NCBI GenBank assembly: GCA_965205025.1
Contig: CBDBFU010000002.1
Coordinates: 160,001-224,000 of the forward strand
Origin: Candidatus Poribacteria bacterium
GTDB taxonomy: Bacteria > Poribacteria > WGA-4E > WGA-3G
Direction: 5' to 3'
Length of the DNA: 64,000 bases
Shown: positions 39,687-49,880 of the stretch, one piece after another
Position numbering within the stretch: position 1 is the stretch's first letter
Layout of the letters: each line of letters opens with the position of its first letter
Notes under the pieces: generated by a model
The model's database searches: none
Seen by the model: only the letters and a program-made list of their open reading frames with translations
Told to the model about the DNA's origin: nothing
Position numbers and translations under genes: made by a program

Positions 39687-41801
39687 TTATGAACTCGTTT
39701 TACTTTCTGAGCGTTCTGCAATTGCAATAAGACCACCCAACACCATAATAGCAACGCCGATCCATACGACCCTGATCAACGGATTATAATATACTTCAAC
39801 ATTCACATATGTATCACTGTCAATCTTAGCTGGCAATGGTCCAAGCGCAATATACAGATTGTTCATACCTATCCCATGTATAGCGGATTCAATCGTATCC
39901 TGATCCCCTTGTCCCGCCTTATGGTAGAAATGTCGTGCAGGTTTCATGGTAGTTTTATGTTTACCATTCTTCGTGACATCGAAAACAACACCTGCTCTGA
40001 AAAAATTTCCGCGCTCTTCCTGAAAAGTGTCTTTCATCGTGAGTTGATAAGAACCAACATCCATTGATTCATCAAGTCTCAAACTTTCCGACTCCTTTAA
40101 AAAATAACCCTTTGAACCCATAATTCCGATATACACGATAACAATCCCGATATGAACTATATACCCACCATACCGACGTTTATTGCGGTTGATAAGAAGT
40201 CCTAATCCATTGAGGAAAGAAGTTTGTTGACGTTTCGTCCTAAGTTTTGCCCCTCGATAGAATTCGCTACAAATAGCTACAAGTACAAATACACTTGCGA
40301 AAATACATAGTAATGAAAAAATCGGGAAGGTTTCTCCACTAAAAATAAGTCCATCAGGTATTCGAGCGAAGAAACTTCCTCCTATCGGATTCGGTGCATC
40401 TAAAATTGCTTTAATAGCAAGGTATATCCAACCTATACCTGTTGCAATCAAACCAATAATAATTGGTGGTATAAACATGCGTTTGAAGTTGTTGGGTGTA
40501 ATCTTTTTCCAAGAGATAACCGGACCAGCCCCTGTCAAGAATAGAAGTAGAAGTCCCGGTATAATAACAACTTGATTAAAGAACGCCTCCGGCACAGATG
40601 CCTTCTCACCTTGGATTGCCTCAGAAATAATTGGCCATAATGTGCCCCATAATATAATTAAGGTCAAACCTACCAACAACCAGTTATTAAGAACAAAAGA
40701 ACTCTCTCTGGAAAGTAACGATTCCAAACGATTTGCACTTTTTAGACGTTCCCATCTAACTACGATCAGTAGTATAACACCCAGTGTTGAGAGGAGAATA
40801 AATCCTAAGAAATAACCCCCAATATCAGATTGAGCAAAAGCGTGTACTGACGTAATAATTCCACTTCGTGTAATAAATGTACCTATCAATGTAAATTGGA
40901 AAGCTAACGTAATGAGAAGGATATTCCACAGTTTTAGCATACCGCGTTTCTCTTGAATCATAACGGAGTGTAGATATGCGGTGCCGAGTAGCCACGGCAT
41001 AAAGGATGCATTTTCAACAGGATCCCATGCCCAATAACCTCCCCAACCAAGTTCCTGATATGCCCAATGTCCTCCAAGTGTGATGCCAACTGTAAGTACA
41101 ATCCATGAAAACAACATCCATCTACGAGAACGAAGTATCCAATCACTTCCTATTCTACCTGACAAAAGTGCTGCCACAGCAAATGCAAATGGAACAGTCA
41201 GACTAATCCACCCAATGTAAAGAGTTGGTGGATGGAACGCCATACTCGGTGTTTGGAGTAGCGGATTCATCCCTTTACCATCAACTGCGATTTGACCATC
41301 TGGGAAACGGGCAAGTGGGTTGTAAACACCTTCAATCCACCCTGTGACCAAAACAATGAAAAATAATTGAACAATAGCAATAGGAATAAGTGCGTAATCT
41401 GCAAGTGAATCTTGAGAACGGCGGTTTTGGAGAACGACAATACCACCAGCAACGGTAAGCAACCAAAGCCAAAACAGGAGGGAACCGGACATGCGTCCCC
41501 AGAGAGCAGTTATTTTATAGAGGAGGGGTTGGGCTGCACTTGAGACTTCTACGACATACATCATAGAGAAGTCGTCAGTTACAAACCCAAATACCAAAGC
41601 ACAAGTAGCAATAGAGATAAGAATTAATGTCGCAATAACCCCATTTCGACCACTACGGACAATATTAGGTTCTCTTAATGGAAGACCAATACTCAGTAAA
41701 ACAATTGCCCATAGTGCAGATAATATTGAAAGAAAAATTGCAGCTTGACCAAGTTCAGCCGTCAAACCTTGTACACCTACTAAAAGATCCTCTATGAACA
41801 T
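39687..41801 (-). CDS. ccmF: Heme lyase CcmF
   Basis: GMNPLLQ, FHPPTLY, WAYQELGWGGYWAWDPVENASFMPW, SVHAFA. Confidence 0.96.
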   Translation of the reverse strand: MFIEDLLVGVQGLTAELGQAAIFLSILSALWAIVLLSIGLPLREPNIVRSGRNGVIATLILISIATCALVFGFVTDDFSMMYVVEVSSAAQPLLYKITALWGRMSGSLLFWLWLLTVAGGIVVLQNRRSQDSLADYALIPIAIVQLFFIVLVTGWIEGVYNPLARFPDGQIAVDGKGMNPLLQTPSMAFHPPTLYIGWISLTVPFAFAVAALLSGRIGSDWILRSRRWMLFSWIVLTVGITLGGHWAYQELGWGGYWAWDPVENASFMPWLLGTAYLHSVMIQEKRGMLKLWNILLITLAFQFTLIGTFITRSGIITSVHAFAQSDIGGYFLGFILLSTLGVILLIVVRWERLKSANRLESLLSRESSFVLNNWLLVGLTLIILWGTLWPIISEAIQGEKASVPEAFFNQVVIIPGLLLLFLTGAGPVISWKKITPNNFKRMFIPPIIIGLIATGIGWIYLAIKAILDAPNPIGGSFFARIPDGLIFSGETFPIFSLLCIFASVFVLVAICSEFYRGAKLRTKRQQTSFLNGLGLLINRNKRRYGGYIVHIGIVIVYIGIMGSKGYFLKESESLRLDESMDVGSYQLTMKDTFQEERGNFFRAGVVFDVTKNGKHKTTMKPARHFYHKAGQGDQDTIESAIHGIGMNNLYIALGPLPAKIDSDTYVNVEVYYNPLIRVVWIGVAIMVLGGLIAIAERSESKTSS

Positions 41802-41860
41802 ATTGATGCCTGAGTATGTGGATTATTGCAGAGTGAAACCGAGTGTTAGTTAGGAAAGGT

Positions 41861-42292
41861 TTAAGAGGAACTCTTTTCCGAAGAAGTACTTTCTGCGCCT
41901 TCGTATTTAGAGGCACATTTTGTAGTTAACTTAGTTGCCACAATCATGTTGCTTGTAGCGTCATATTTACCTTCTACAAAAACACTGCCACCGTCTGTAA
42001 AGTTATCAGGTTTGAGACGATTCTCATAGATTACATTAACGGTCTGGTTACTTTCACGGTCGCGCACTGCGAAGGTAAGTTTAAAATTTGCTGCGTCCCA
42101 AGTTGAACTACCTTCTGCAATTACACCGTCAACTTGTAAATTCTGTTGATCATTTTCTTCAGCATTCGCAACAAGTTCAGCAGGCGTAAAATGCAACACA
42201 CTCGTTTTTTCGGTCATTGCCAACACTAAGAAAACCATGGCAACGAGTAAAATGGCGCTGGCAGCGATAATCTTCAGTCGTCTTTGCTTCAT
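41861..42292 (-). CDS. ccmE: Cytochrome c maturation heme chaperone CcmE
   Basis: KPDNFTDG.SVFVEG, TKCASKY (Cys-type CcmE). Start MKQRR after GGAGG RBS. Confidence 0.88.
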   Translation of the reverse strand: MKQRRLKIIAASAILLVAMVFLVLAMTEKTSVLHFTPAELVANAEENDQQNLQVDGVIAEGSSTWDAANFKLTFAVRDRESNQTVNVIYENRLKPDNFTDGGSVFVEGKYDATSNMIVATKLTTKCASKYEGAESTSSEKSSS

Positions 42293-42559
42293 GTAAACAT
42301 CCTCCTTCAACCCGAAACCTAATAACACCCTCAAACCAAAATCAACGGGAATACTATATTGGAATTTTCTCATCTTTCCACTGAATAAAAATGGTGGGAA
42401 TGTACTCTCTCTGCATAAAATAATACTTGACTTTTCGTTTAAAATCAAGTTAAATAGCCTGAAATTGAATATGTTGATACGGAATTCCGTGCGTGCCATT
42501 CATCTTAACTGTTCGTGTTCACTTTTATTGCTGATAATACTGGAGGTATTGGCATTCTC

Positions 42560-43507
42560 ATGAATCTTAATTGGCAACAGCATCCTTGGGCAGGTGTATT
42601 TCCGGCGACACTTTGTCCTTTCCACTCAGATGAATCGATAGATGAAGCCGGATTACGAAAGTATATGCAGGAACTTGCGGATGTAGACGGCATAAAAGGT
42701 GTTGTTTGTAATGGACATACAGGTGAGATTATGTCTCTCCGTACCGAGGAACGCCAGCGTGTAACAAGAATCACCGCTGAAGCTGTTGGTGACAAGGTGA
42801 AAGTGGTCTCAGGTGTGAGTGCTGAAGGCAGCCTACCTGCAATTGATGATGCCCTTGCGGCTAAGGAAGCAGGAGCCGATGCAATACTATTAATGCCAGC
42901 ACATCATTGGTTACGTTTCGGAAGGACACCTGAAACCGCAGTTGGATACTTTCAAGACGTTGCCGAAGGTGCAGATATTCCTATTATCGTACATCAGTAT
43001 CCTGCATGGACAAAAGCAGGATATAGTCTTGAAGAGATGTTAGAGATGGCTAAAATTCCACAAGTTGTTTGTATTAAGATGGGGACACGTGATATGGCAC
43101 GATGGCGGTGGGATTACGAACAATTGAGAGAGGCAGCCCCTCATATTCCTATTCTTACATGTCATGATGAATACCTACTTGCCTCGCTTTTAGAAGGGAG
43201 TGATGGTGCCCTTATCGGATTTGCTGGATTCGTCCCTGAATTGATGGTTGCTGTAGTCCATGCTGCCCTAAATAATGACTTAATGGGAGCAAGAAAAGCA
43301 CGGAATCAGGTTGATACATTAGCACGAATTGTATATAACTTCGGTGAACCGAGTAGTGATGCGCATCAACGTATGAAGTGTGCCAGATGGTTGATGGGTA
43401 AATTCCCATCCATGACCATGCGTCGACCTCTACGCCAATTATCATCTGACGAAATAGACAAAATACGAACTGAACTTGAGAACGTTGGCTATCAGTGTGT
43501 AAATTAG
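42560..43507 (+). CDS. Dihydrodipicolinate synthase family class I aldolase/lyase
   Basis: GVFPA..PF, NGHTGE, AGADAILLMP, Schiff-base Lys in CIKMG. Confidence 0.88.
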   Translation: MNLNWQQHPWAGVFPATLCPFHSDESIDEAGLRKYMQELADVDGIKGVVCNGHTGEIMSLRTEERQRVTRITAEAVGDKVKVVSGVSAEGSLPAIDDALAAKEAGADAILLMPAHHWLRFGRTPETAVGYFQDVAEGADIPIIVHQYPAWTKAGYSLEEMLEMAKIPQVVCIKMGTRDMARWRWDYEQLREAAPHIPILTCHDEYLLASLLEGSDGALIGFAGFVPELMVAVVHAALNNDLMGARKARNQVDTLARIVYNFGEPSSDAHQRMKCARWLMGKFPSMTMRRPLRQLSSDEIDKIRTELENVGYQCVN

Positions 43508-43549
43508 ATTAAGTTAGATAAAAAAATATAAAGTGGGTTTGATAATAGA

Positions 43550-44764
43550 ATGACACCTTTAAAATATGCCCTAATCGGTCACGGACGACGAGGTTCAGCA
43601 CATTTATCAACAGCCGCTGCCCTCAAAGACACTTTCGAAATCGTTGCAGTCTGTGATGCACATCAAGAATCAGCAGAAGCAGGTGCAGAAAGAATCGGTG
43701 TTAAAGCATACACCGATGTCCGCAAACTTATTGATGAGACGTCTCCCGATGTTTGTGATGTCGTTGTGCCTGCACCACTACATCATATCGTTTCCTGTTA
43801 TCTGTCCCGTCGCGGTATATCACATAACGTTGAAACAGGACTTGCCCCGACGCTCGGTTTGATGGACTTGATGATAGCGGATGCTGCTGAAAATGGGGTC
43901 CAACTGCAAACATCAGAAAACTTTCCTTTTGTACCTGTGGAACAGTTTGTCTGCAAACTTATTCAGGAAGGTGTAATTGGCACTGTCCATAAATGCTATA
44001 GACTTTTTTCTACAACAGGTTATCATGGTCTTGCAGCAATTCGGTGTCGTATGAACGCTGCCCCCACATCAGTAAGTAGCATCGGACATTCAATGCCTGT
44101 TATGCCTTATGTTGACAGAGCAAAACGCGATTTCAATCGGGAAGGTCTTGAATTTTACGCTGTTGATTTTGACAATGGCGGACTTGGTATAGCGATGGTA
44201 GGCAACAAAAACGGATGTCTCGGACGGAACAAACTTGTCGGTTTTGAGACATGCGGTGAACGCGGCACAATTATCACAAACGGCAACCAAGGAGCATCTG
44301 GTGGTGAAACTGTCAACGTTTGCACAGATGAAGATATTAACCAGAACGCAGGAAGAGCGCAAACCTACGAATTTCAGAGAGAGTCCGGTGAGGATAAAGT
44401 CTTGCAGCGCATTTATGTTGAACTCCCTGAATCTCTTGGTGGCACAGTTGAATGGTTGAATCCTTACAGGCATACCAAAATCTCAGAGGGTGGCATTTCA
44501 CTTGCAACCATGCTTGACGGTATAGCACGTGCTGTTCGTGAAGACACAGAACCGCTCTGGACAGGAGAGATGGGTAGGGCAGACCAGGAGATGGTGATCG
44601 CCGCACGCCGTTCTGTCCAATCAAATCGCCAACCGATTCAACTCCCGTTGCAACCTGATCCAGACGAAGAAGCTGCGTTTGACAAAAATTTTGAGGAACA
44701 ATTCGGGGTCCATCCCCGTGAAGATATTGAAAAAGCATTAGAAGTGAATTTTAAAGCACGCTAA
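43550..44764 (+). CDS. Gfo/Idh/MocA family oxidoreductase
   Basis: ALIGHGRRG Rossmann motif, VAVCD, divergent ETGLA at the EKP position. Confidence 0.8.
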   Translation: MTPLKYALIGHGRRGSAHLSTAAALKDTFEIVAVCDAHQESAEAGAERIGVKAYTDVRKLIDETSPDVCDVVVPAPLHHIVSCYLSRRGISHNVETGLAPTLGLMDLMIADAAENGVQLQTSENFPFVPVEQFVCKLIQEGVIGTVHKCYRLFSTTGYHGLAAIRCRMNAAPTSVSSIGHSMPVMPYVDRAKRDFNREGLEFYAVDFDNGGLGIAMVGNKNGCLGRNKLVGFETCGERGTIITNGNQGASGGETVNVCTDEDINQNAGRAQTYEFQRESGEDKVLQRIYVELPESLGGTVEWLNPYRHTKISEGGISLATMLDGIARAVREDTEPLWTGEMGRADQEMVIAARRSVQSNRQPIQLPLQPDPDEEAAFDKNFEEQFGVHPREDIEKALEVNFKAR

Positions 44765-44887
44765 TCAATGTATAAATCACCAGTTGCAGCCTTCAAATTA
44801 TGAAAGTCAATTCCACATTAGACTCTTTGTAGGGGGGATTCCGATCCCCGATTCTTATTAATCTTGGTAGTTGAGAATGTATAATTA

Positions 44888-45114
44888 TACCATTTCTATA
44901 AATTATTGTCTCATTAGGCGGTTATTATGGTAGTCATTTTCAGGTCACAAACTGAATGAAGATTAATTTACTAATTCGGTAACTTTCCTGTAAAGTCCGG
45001 TACGGTTAGGAAACCGCACCTACCGGGTTTGGGAAAGTAGAATTACCGAAATATTTACTTAATCCTCATAAAGTTTGTGGTACAAAAAAGAGACATTTTC
45101 AATTAGAAATGGTA
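44888..45114. mobile_element. Three-level nested MITE/REP structure
   Basis: Outer ends TACCATTTCTA / TAGAAATGGTA flanked by TTA. Inside, a CACAAACT..AGTTTGTG REP is split in its loop by an ATGAAGATTAA MITE that carries a GTAGGTGCGG REP. Confidence 0.7.
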
Positions 45115-45151
45115 TTATCTTCAAATTTAACCATAAACAGAAAGAGAAAAT

Positions 45152-46123
45152 ATGAAAGAAATAAAAATTGGTTTTATCGGATCGGGTGGCAATGCAAATG
45201 GTCACATGAATCGGTTATCTGAAATGGAAGGCGCGAATGTCGTTGCAATATGTGATATTGTACCACAAAAAGCACAAAATGCATCTGAAAAACACAACGC
45301 GGATCCATATACCGAACACCGCGCAATGTTGGAACGGGATGATCTTGACGCTATTTATCTAAGTCTCCCCGTTTTTGCACACGGTCAACCTGAGTTAGAC
45401 GTGATTGAACGAGGGTTACCATTCTTCGTTGAGAAACCGGTAGCGATCAATATGGACATCGCTCGTGAAGTTGAAGCTGCAGTAACAAAAGCAGGACTGA
45501 TCACTTGTGTAGGTTATCAACTCCGTTATCTCGGTTCAACACGGTTAACACAGGAAATCCTTGCAGGAAAGACAATTAATATGGTTGTCGGCAAGTATTG
45601 GTGCGGGAGCGGACGTGGCAATCCCGAAGGGTGGCTACGTCAGTGGAACAAATCTGGTGGACAATTAGTTGAACAAGCAACACACACAATTGACATGATG
45701 CGGAACCTCATTGGTGAAGTTGAATCGGTCTACTGCATGCAAGCAAATCGGTTTCTGGAACAGATTGATTGCCCAGATAGCAATAGCGTAACGCTCCAAT
45801 TTTCCGATGGCGTTGTCGGTTCAATGACAGCCGCATGGGCGTATGCAGGCGGTTGGAACAATGCAAATGTTTTAGATATCCTATACGAAGGCGAGTTGTT
45901 GAATTGGAATCCAGCAAGAGTCTCTGTGCAGGAAAATGGTGAATGGGTAGATAAAAACAAACCCGGTCCCACCATTGACGAAGTTTTTGTAAACGCTGTC
46001 CGTAGCGGTGATGCGTCCCAGATTTTGAGTCCATATACAGATGCGGTTAAGACGCTTGAAATATCACTCGCAGCAAATCTCTCAGCACAAGAGAATAGAC
46101 TTGTGGAGATTTCTTCACTATAA
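45152..46123 (+). CDS. Gfo/Idh/MocA family oxidoreductase
   Basis: IGFIGSGG, VEKPVA, SGGQLVEQATHTID. Confidence 0.92.
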   Translation: MKEIKIGFIGSGGNANGHMNRLSEMEGANVVAICDIVPQKAQNASEKHNADPYTEHRAMLERDDLDAIYLSLPVFAHGQPELDVIERGLPFFVEKPVAINMDIAREVEAAVTKAGLITCVGYQLRYLGSTRLTQEILAGKTINMVVGKYWCGSGRGNPEGWLRQWNKSGGQLVEQATHTIDMMRNLIGEVESVYCMQANRFLEQIDCPDSNSVTLQFSDGVVGSMTAAWAYAGGWNNANVLDILYEGELLNWNPARVSVQENGEWVDKNKPGPTIDEVFVNAVRSGDASQILSPYTDAVKTLEISLAANLSAQENRLVEISSL

Positions 46124-46133
46124 GGTGAGAATT

Positions 46134-47117
46134 ATGGCAACAAAATATCGCGTGGCAATAGTCGGATGTGGTGGTATCTCAAACGCACATGGCAACGCGT
46201 GGCGTAATGTACCAGAAATCGAAATTGTTGGTGCATGCGATGAGAAATTTGATGCATTATCACGTTTTGCTACTGAATATAACGTGGAGAACACCTATAA
46301 CGACCTGCGACAAATGCTGGAAAAGCAAAACCCTGATATCCTTGTAATTGCTACATGGCCCTCAAGTCATCTCAAAAATGTCCTTGAGGCAGTACGATCT
46401 GGAGTTAAGGGTATCCTCGTTGAAAAGCCGATTACAGTCAACACATCCCAACTTGAACAGATGATTCAGGTTACAGAAAATGCCAACACCCTCTTGATGG
46501 AAGCATTTATGTACCGACACCATCCACTTACATTGGCAGTAAAAGAGAAAATAGAGGAAGGGGTAATCGGCGATGTCAGGTATGCACGTTCCACTTTTTC
46601 CACGGGACTCACGGATCGAACAAATTGGCGACTAAGAGGTGATCTCGGTGGTGGTGCAGTCATGGATTTAGGATGCTACTGCATCAACATCATTCGCTAT
46701 GTTATTGGACAAGAACCACAATCCGCCTGGGCAACTGGCAAATATGAACCGATTAACAATGTCTGGGAAACACTCATCGGAACTTTAGATTTTGGGGATG
46801 GTATTACAGGTCAGTTTGACTGTAGTTTCGGATGGACATGGCGTGAGAATTATGAAGTTACGGGTACCAAAGGAACTATTTTTGTTGGGAGTGCCTGGGG
46901 AAACAGTGAAGGGGAATCACAATTCACTGTAAATGGAGAAACTGTCACCGTATCCGGTGTAAATCCTTACTCGGCAGAGATCCTAAACCTCTGTGAAGCA
47001 GTAGAAAATGGTACACCTCTCCGACTACCAATATCAGATTCATTAGCCAATATGCGGGTTATTGACGCATTACACGAATCCGCTCATACCGGACAACGAA
47101 TTCAGATTCCCTCTTAG
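46134..47117 (+). CDS. Gfo/Idh/MocA family oxidoreductase
   Basis: VAIVGCGGI, VEKP, MEAFMYRHHP, GGGAVMDLGCY. Start placed at MATKY. Confidence 0.92.
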   Translation: MATKYRVAIVGCGGISNAHGNAWRNVPEIEIVGACDEKFDALSRFATEYNVENTYNDLRQMLEKQNPDILVIATWPSSHLKNVLEAVRSGVKGILVEKPITVNTSQLEQMIQVTENANTLLMEAFMYRHHPLTLAVKEKIEEGVIGDVRYARSTFSTGLTDRTNWRLRGDLGGGAVMDLGCYCINIIRYVIGQEPQSAWATGKYEPINNVWETLIGTLDFGDGITGQFDCSFGWTWRENYEVTGTKGTIFVGSAWGNSEGESQFTVNGETVTVSGVNPYSAEILNLCEAVENGTPLRLPISDSLANMRVIDALHESAHTGQRIQIPS

Positions 47118-47129
47118 ATTAGGAATTCT

Positions 47130-47224
47130 ATAAACATTTCGTCCCTATCAAATCAAGAAATCAAGAAATCAAGGAATCAAGGAATCAACGGTATGAATGA
47201 CATTTAGGCATTCCCCGGGACTCA
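47130..47224. repeat. GTCCCTA..GGGAC hairpin interrupted by a stack of 35-bp element ends
   Basis: GTCCCTAT, then five (A/G)AATCAA(G/C) left ends and GGTATGAATGACATTTAGGCATTCCCC, then GGGACTCA. Confidence 0.75.
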
Positions 47225-47449
47225 TAAATATGTATATGATAATCCTTGTATCGCGTAAAGTCATAATGTAAATGGTATTACTTTGAACTCACCTTCAATT
47301 CCGTAAACATTTTACGATTCTATAGAAAAGGTTGAAGAAACCGATTACTAACTGTATAATATTAAAAACGCACAATATCAATACATACACTGTCATAATA
47401 TAAAACATCTCAATTCATAGTATCCGTTTATCAAAGGTAAAACACACTT

Positions 47450-49774
47450 ATGTTTGAAAAACTTATGAAGTACCCGATAGATGTCTTTCGGGAAGGTGAT
47501 TTCTCGTTTGGCGTTCCAATACCGGGGCTTCTTATTTTTGTTCTGATGGTTGGTCTTGTTGCAGCAACCATCTGGGCATATCGGAGTACCAAGGGTAGAA
47601 CAGGTCGTTTTTTTCATGGATTTCTAATTGTTCTCCGTACACTTGTATTGTGTTTCCTCGCCTTCTGTCTCCTCAAACCTTTTCTTACAATTTACCAAAA
47701 CAACCCCGATGATTCGTACTTGTTGGTCATGGTAGACCGTTCCAAGAGTATGCAGATTACCGATTCTGAAGACGGTACATCACGATTAGACCAAGCGAAC
47801 CGATTACTATTCGGCGAAAATCCTGAGGAAGGTAGGGGTCTTATTGACAAGTTAAACACAAATCAATTTAAAACACGACTCTTCTCATTTGATGCAGATA
47901 CGAAACGTATACCAAACGACGTTCTAACAGATGCAGAGGGAGAAAATACAAACATTCCTAATGCAGTAACTGAAGCATTAGAGGATATGCAGGGTGTACC
48001 GTTATCCGGTATCGTCCTCTTTACTGATGGTGTAGACCGGAGTGGTATAGATATTCAAAAACCTGCCATGCAAGCAAGGGAAAGAAAAGTACCAATTCAT
48101 ACTGTTGGCATCGGGTCTGAAACAGGTGTCGCTGATATCGAATTAGTCAAAGTAGATGTTCCTCGTACCGCAGAAGAAGATTTTCCAGTTGAAATATCTG
48201 CAACAGTGAGACGTACAGATAACACACAGAAAAAAGCCACACTCCAACTCATTGAAAATGGTCGAGTTCTAAAAACACTGCCAATCACACTAAACAACGA
48301 GACTGTCCGAATACCGCTAAAATTCACACCTCGCCAACCAGGAACACAAAAATATGAAGTTCATGTTCTGCCTGAAGTAGATGAAGCAATCCCACAAAAC
48401 AACACCAAAACCTTCATATTAAAAGTAACACCCACAAAACGGGTAAAGATCCTCTTTGTCTCCAGACCATATTGGGGATTTAAATTCATTAAACGCGCAT
48501 TACAAGATGATCCCAATATCGTTCTAACGGATCGTTATATAACGAGTGAACAAAGCTTCGGTGGTACTCAAGGTGGTGCTGATGAAAAGTTCGATTTCTA
48601 TCCTGAGTCCAAGGAAATTCTCTTCAACTTTGATGCAATCATATTCGGGAATATAGATGCTTCCAATTTCACGCAAACTCAACTTGAAAATACTGTGGAA
48701 TTCGTCCGTACACGGGGCGGAGGCTTTTTAATGTTAGGTGGCACTCAATCTTTAGGTAACTCTGATATCGCGAAATCATATTTAAATACACCAATTGCAG
48801 AATTATTACCTGTTGAGTTAGAATTAGGAGATCCACCAGAAAAGGTACCATTAAACCTTGCACCTTCTGAAGTGCCTACCCCTAAGATGTTTAAGTTCAA
48901 ATTGACCACCGAAGGGAAAACTGATCCATTAATGGAATTGGTAGATAACACCACCGAGAACTTACAACGATGGCAAAAAATGCCTGAACTGTACGGTTAT
49001 AGTAAAGTCAAACGTGCAAAAGCGGGGGCAACTATTCTTGCCGAACACCCGACAGATAAAAATGAATTTGGCAACCGTATTCTTATGGCAACCCATAATT
49101 ACAATGCCGGACGGGTTATGGTTTTCACTCCTAACGACTCATATAGATGGCAAACAGGCTTAGACAGTAAAGATGATAGTAATGAGCGTTTTTGGCGACA
49201 GGTTGCAAAATGGTTAACAACCGCCCCGCAATCCTCTATTAAACTGGATATACCCAAGACTGAATATACATTAAAGGAACCTGTTGTCATTGAAGTTACA
49301 GCTATGGATAAGAATTTTGCTTTAACCAATAAAGCGAAAATACGTGCTATTGTTGTTGACGAAACTGGCACTCGGAAAGAACTTACACTTGAGCAAGTTT
49401 TAGGTAAAGACGGACTATATACTGCACGATTCATACCTAACAGAAATGGAGATTATACGGTGACAGCAACTGGAACTCTTGCTGGAGAAGACCTTGGAAA
49501 ACAGCAAGCATTGTTTGAGGTGAAACCGTCTTTTGCTGAGTTTAGTGATGCAGCACTTAATATGCCACTGCTATCAAACATTGCTAGTATGACTGGTGGG
49601 AAATACTATTCTATTGAAGAAGCACCTCAATTAGTAAATCAAATCTCTCTTGTAGAGAGTGCCACTTCGGAGATAACGGATGTGGATATTTGGGATTTAC
49701 CGTTAATTTTTGGTCTAATTCTTCTTTTCCTCGGTCTGGAATGGTTTTTACGTAAACGGGGTGGTTTAGTATAA
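47450..49774 (+). CDS. Membrane protein with VWA and glutamine-amidotransferase-like domains (MoxR partner type)
   Basis: N-terminal TMs, DRSKSM MIDAS, LFTDG, GGGFLMLGG...ELLPV, FWRQ, C-terminal EWFLRKRGGL. Confidence 0.82.
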   Translation: MFEKLMKYPIDVFREGDFSFGVPIPGLLIFVLMVGLVAATIWAYRSTKGRTGRFFHGFLIVLRTLVLCFLAFCLLKPFLTIYQNNPDDSYLLVMVDRSKSMQITDSEDGTSRLDQANRLLFGENPEEGRGLIDKLNTNQFKTRLFSFDADTKRIPNDVLTDAEGENTNIPNAVTEALEDMQGVPLSGIVLFTDGVDRSGIDIQKPAMQARERKVPIHTVGIGSETGVADIELVKVDVPRTAEEDFPVEISATVRRTDNTQKKATLQLIENGRVLKTLPITLNNETVRIPLKFTPRQPGTQKYEVHVLPEVDEAIPQNNTKTFILKVTPTKRVKILFVSRPYWGFKFIKRALQDDPNIVLTDRYITSEQSFGGTQGGADEKFDFYPESKEILFNFDAIIFGNIDASNFTQTQLENTVEFVRTRGGGFLMLGGTQSLGNSDIAKSYLNTPIAELLPVELELGDPPEKVPLNLAPSEVPTPKMFKFKLTTEGKTDPLMELVDNTTENLQRWQKMPELYGYSKVKRAKAGATILAEHPTDKNEFGNRILMATHNYNAGRVMVFTPNDSYRWQTGLDSKDDSNERFWRQVAKWLTTAPQSSIKLDIPKTEYTLKEPVVIEVTAMDKNFALTNKAKIRAIVVDETGTRKELTLEQVLGKDGLYTARFIPNRNGDYTVTATGTLAGEDLGKQQALFEVKPSFAEFSDAALNMPLLSNIASMTGGKYYSIEEAPQLVNQISLVESATSEITDVDIWDLPLIFGLILLFLGLEWFLRKRGGLV

Positions 49775-49880
49775 ATCCTCCCATGGTTGTGGAAGCAAAA
49801 TCTAAGGAAGTAAACACGATTTTTCTTACATTGAATTCACGTAATTCTTACCAATATGAGTCAATTATTGAGAACAATTT

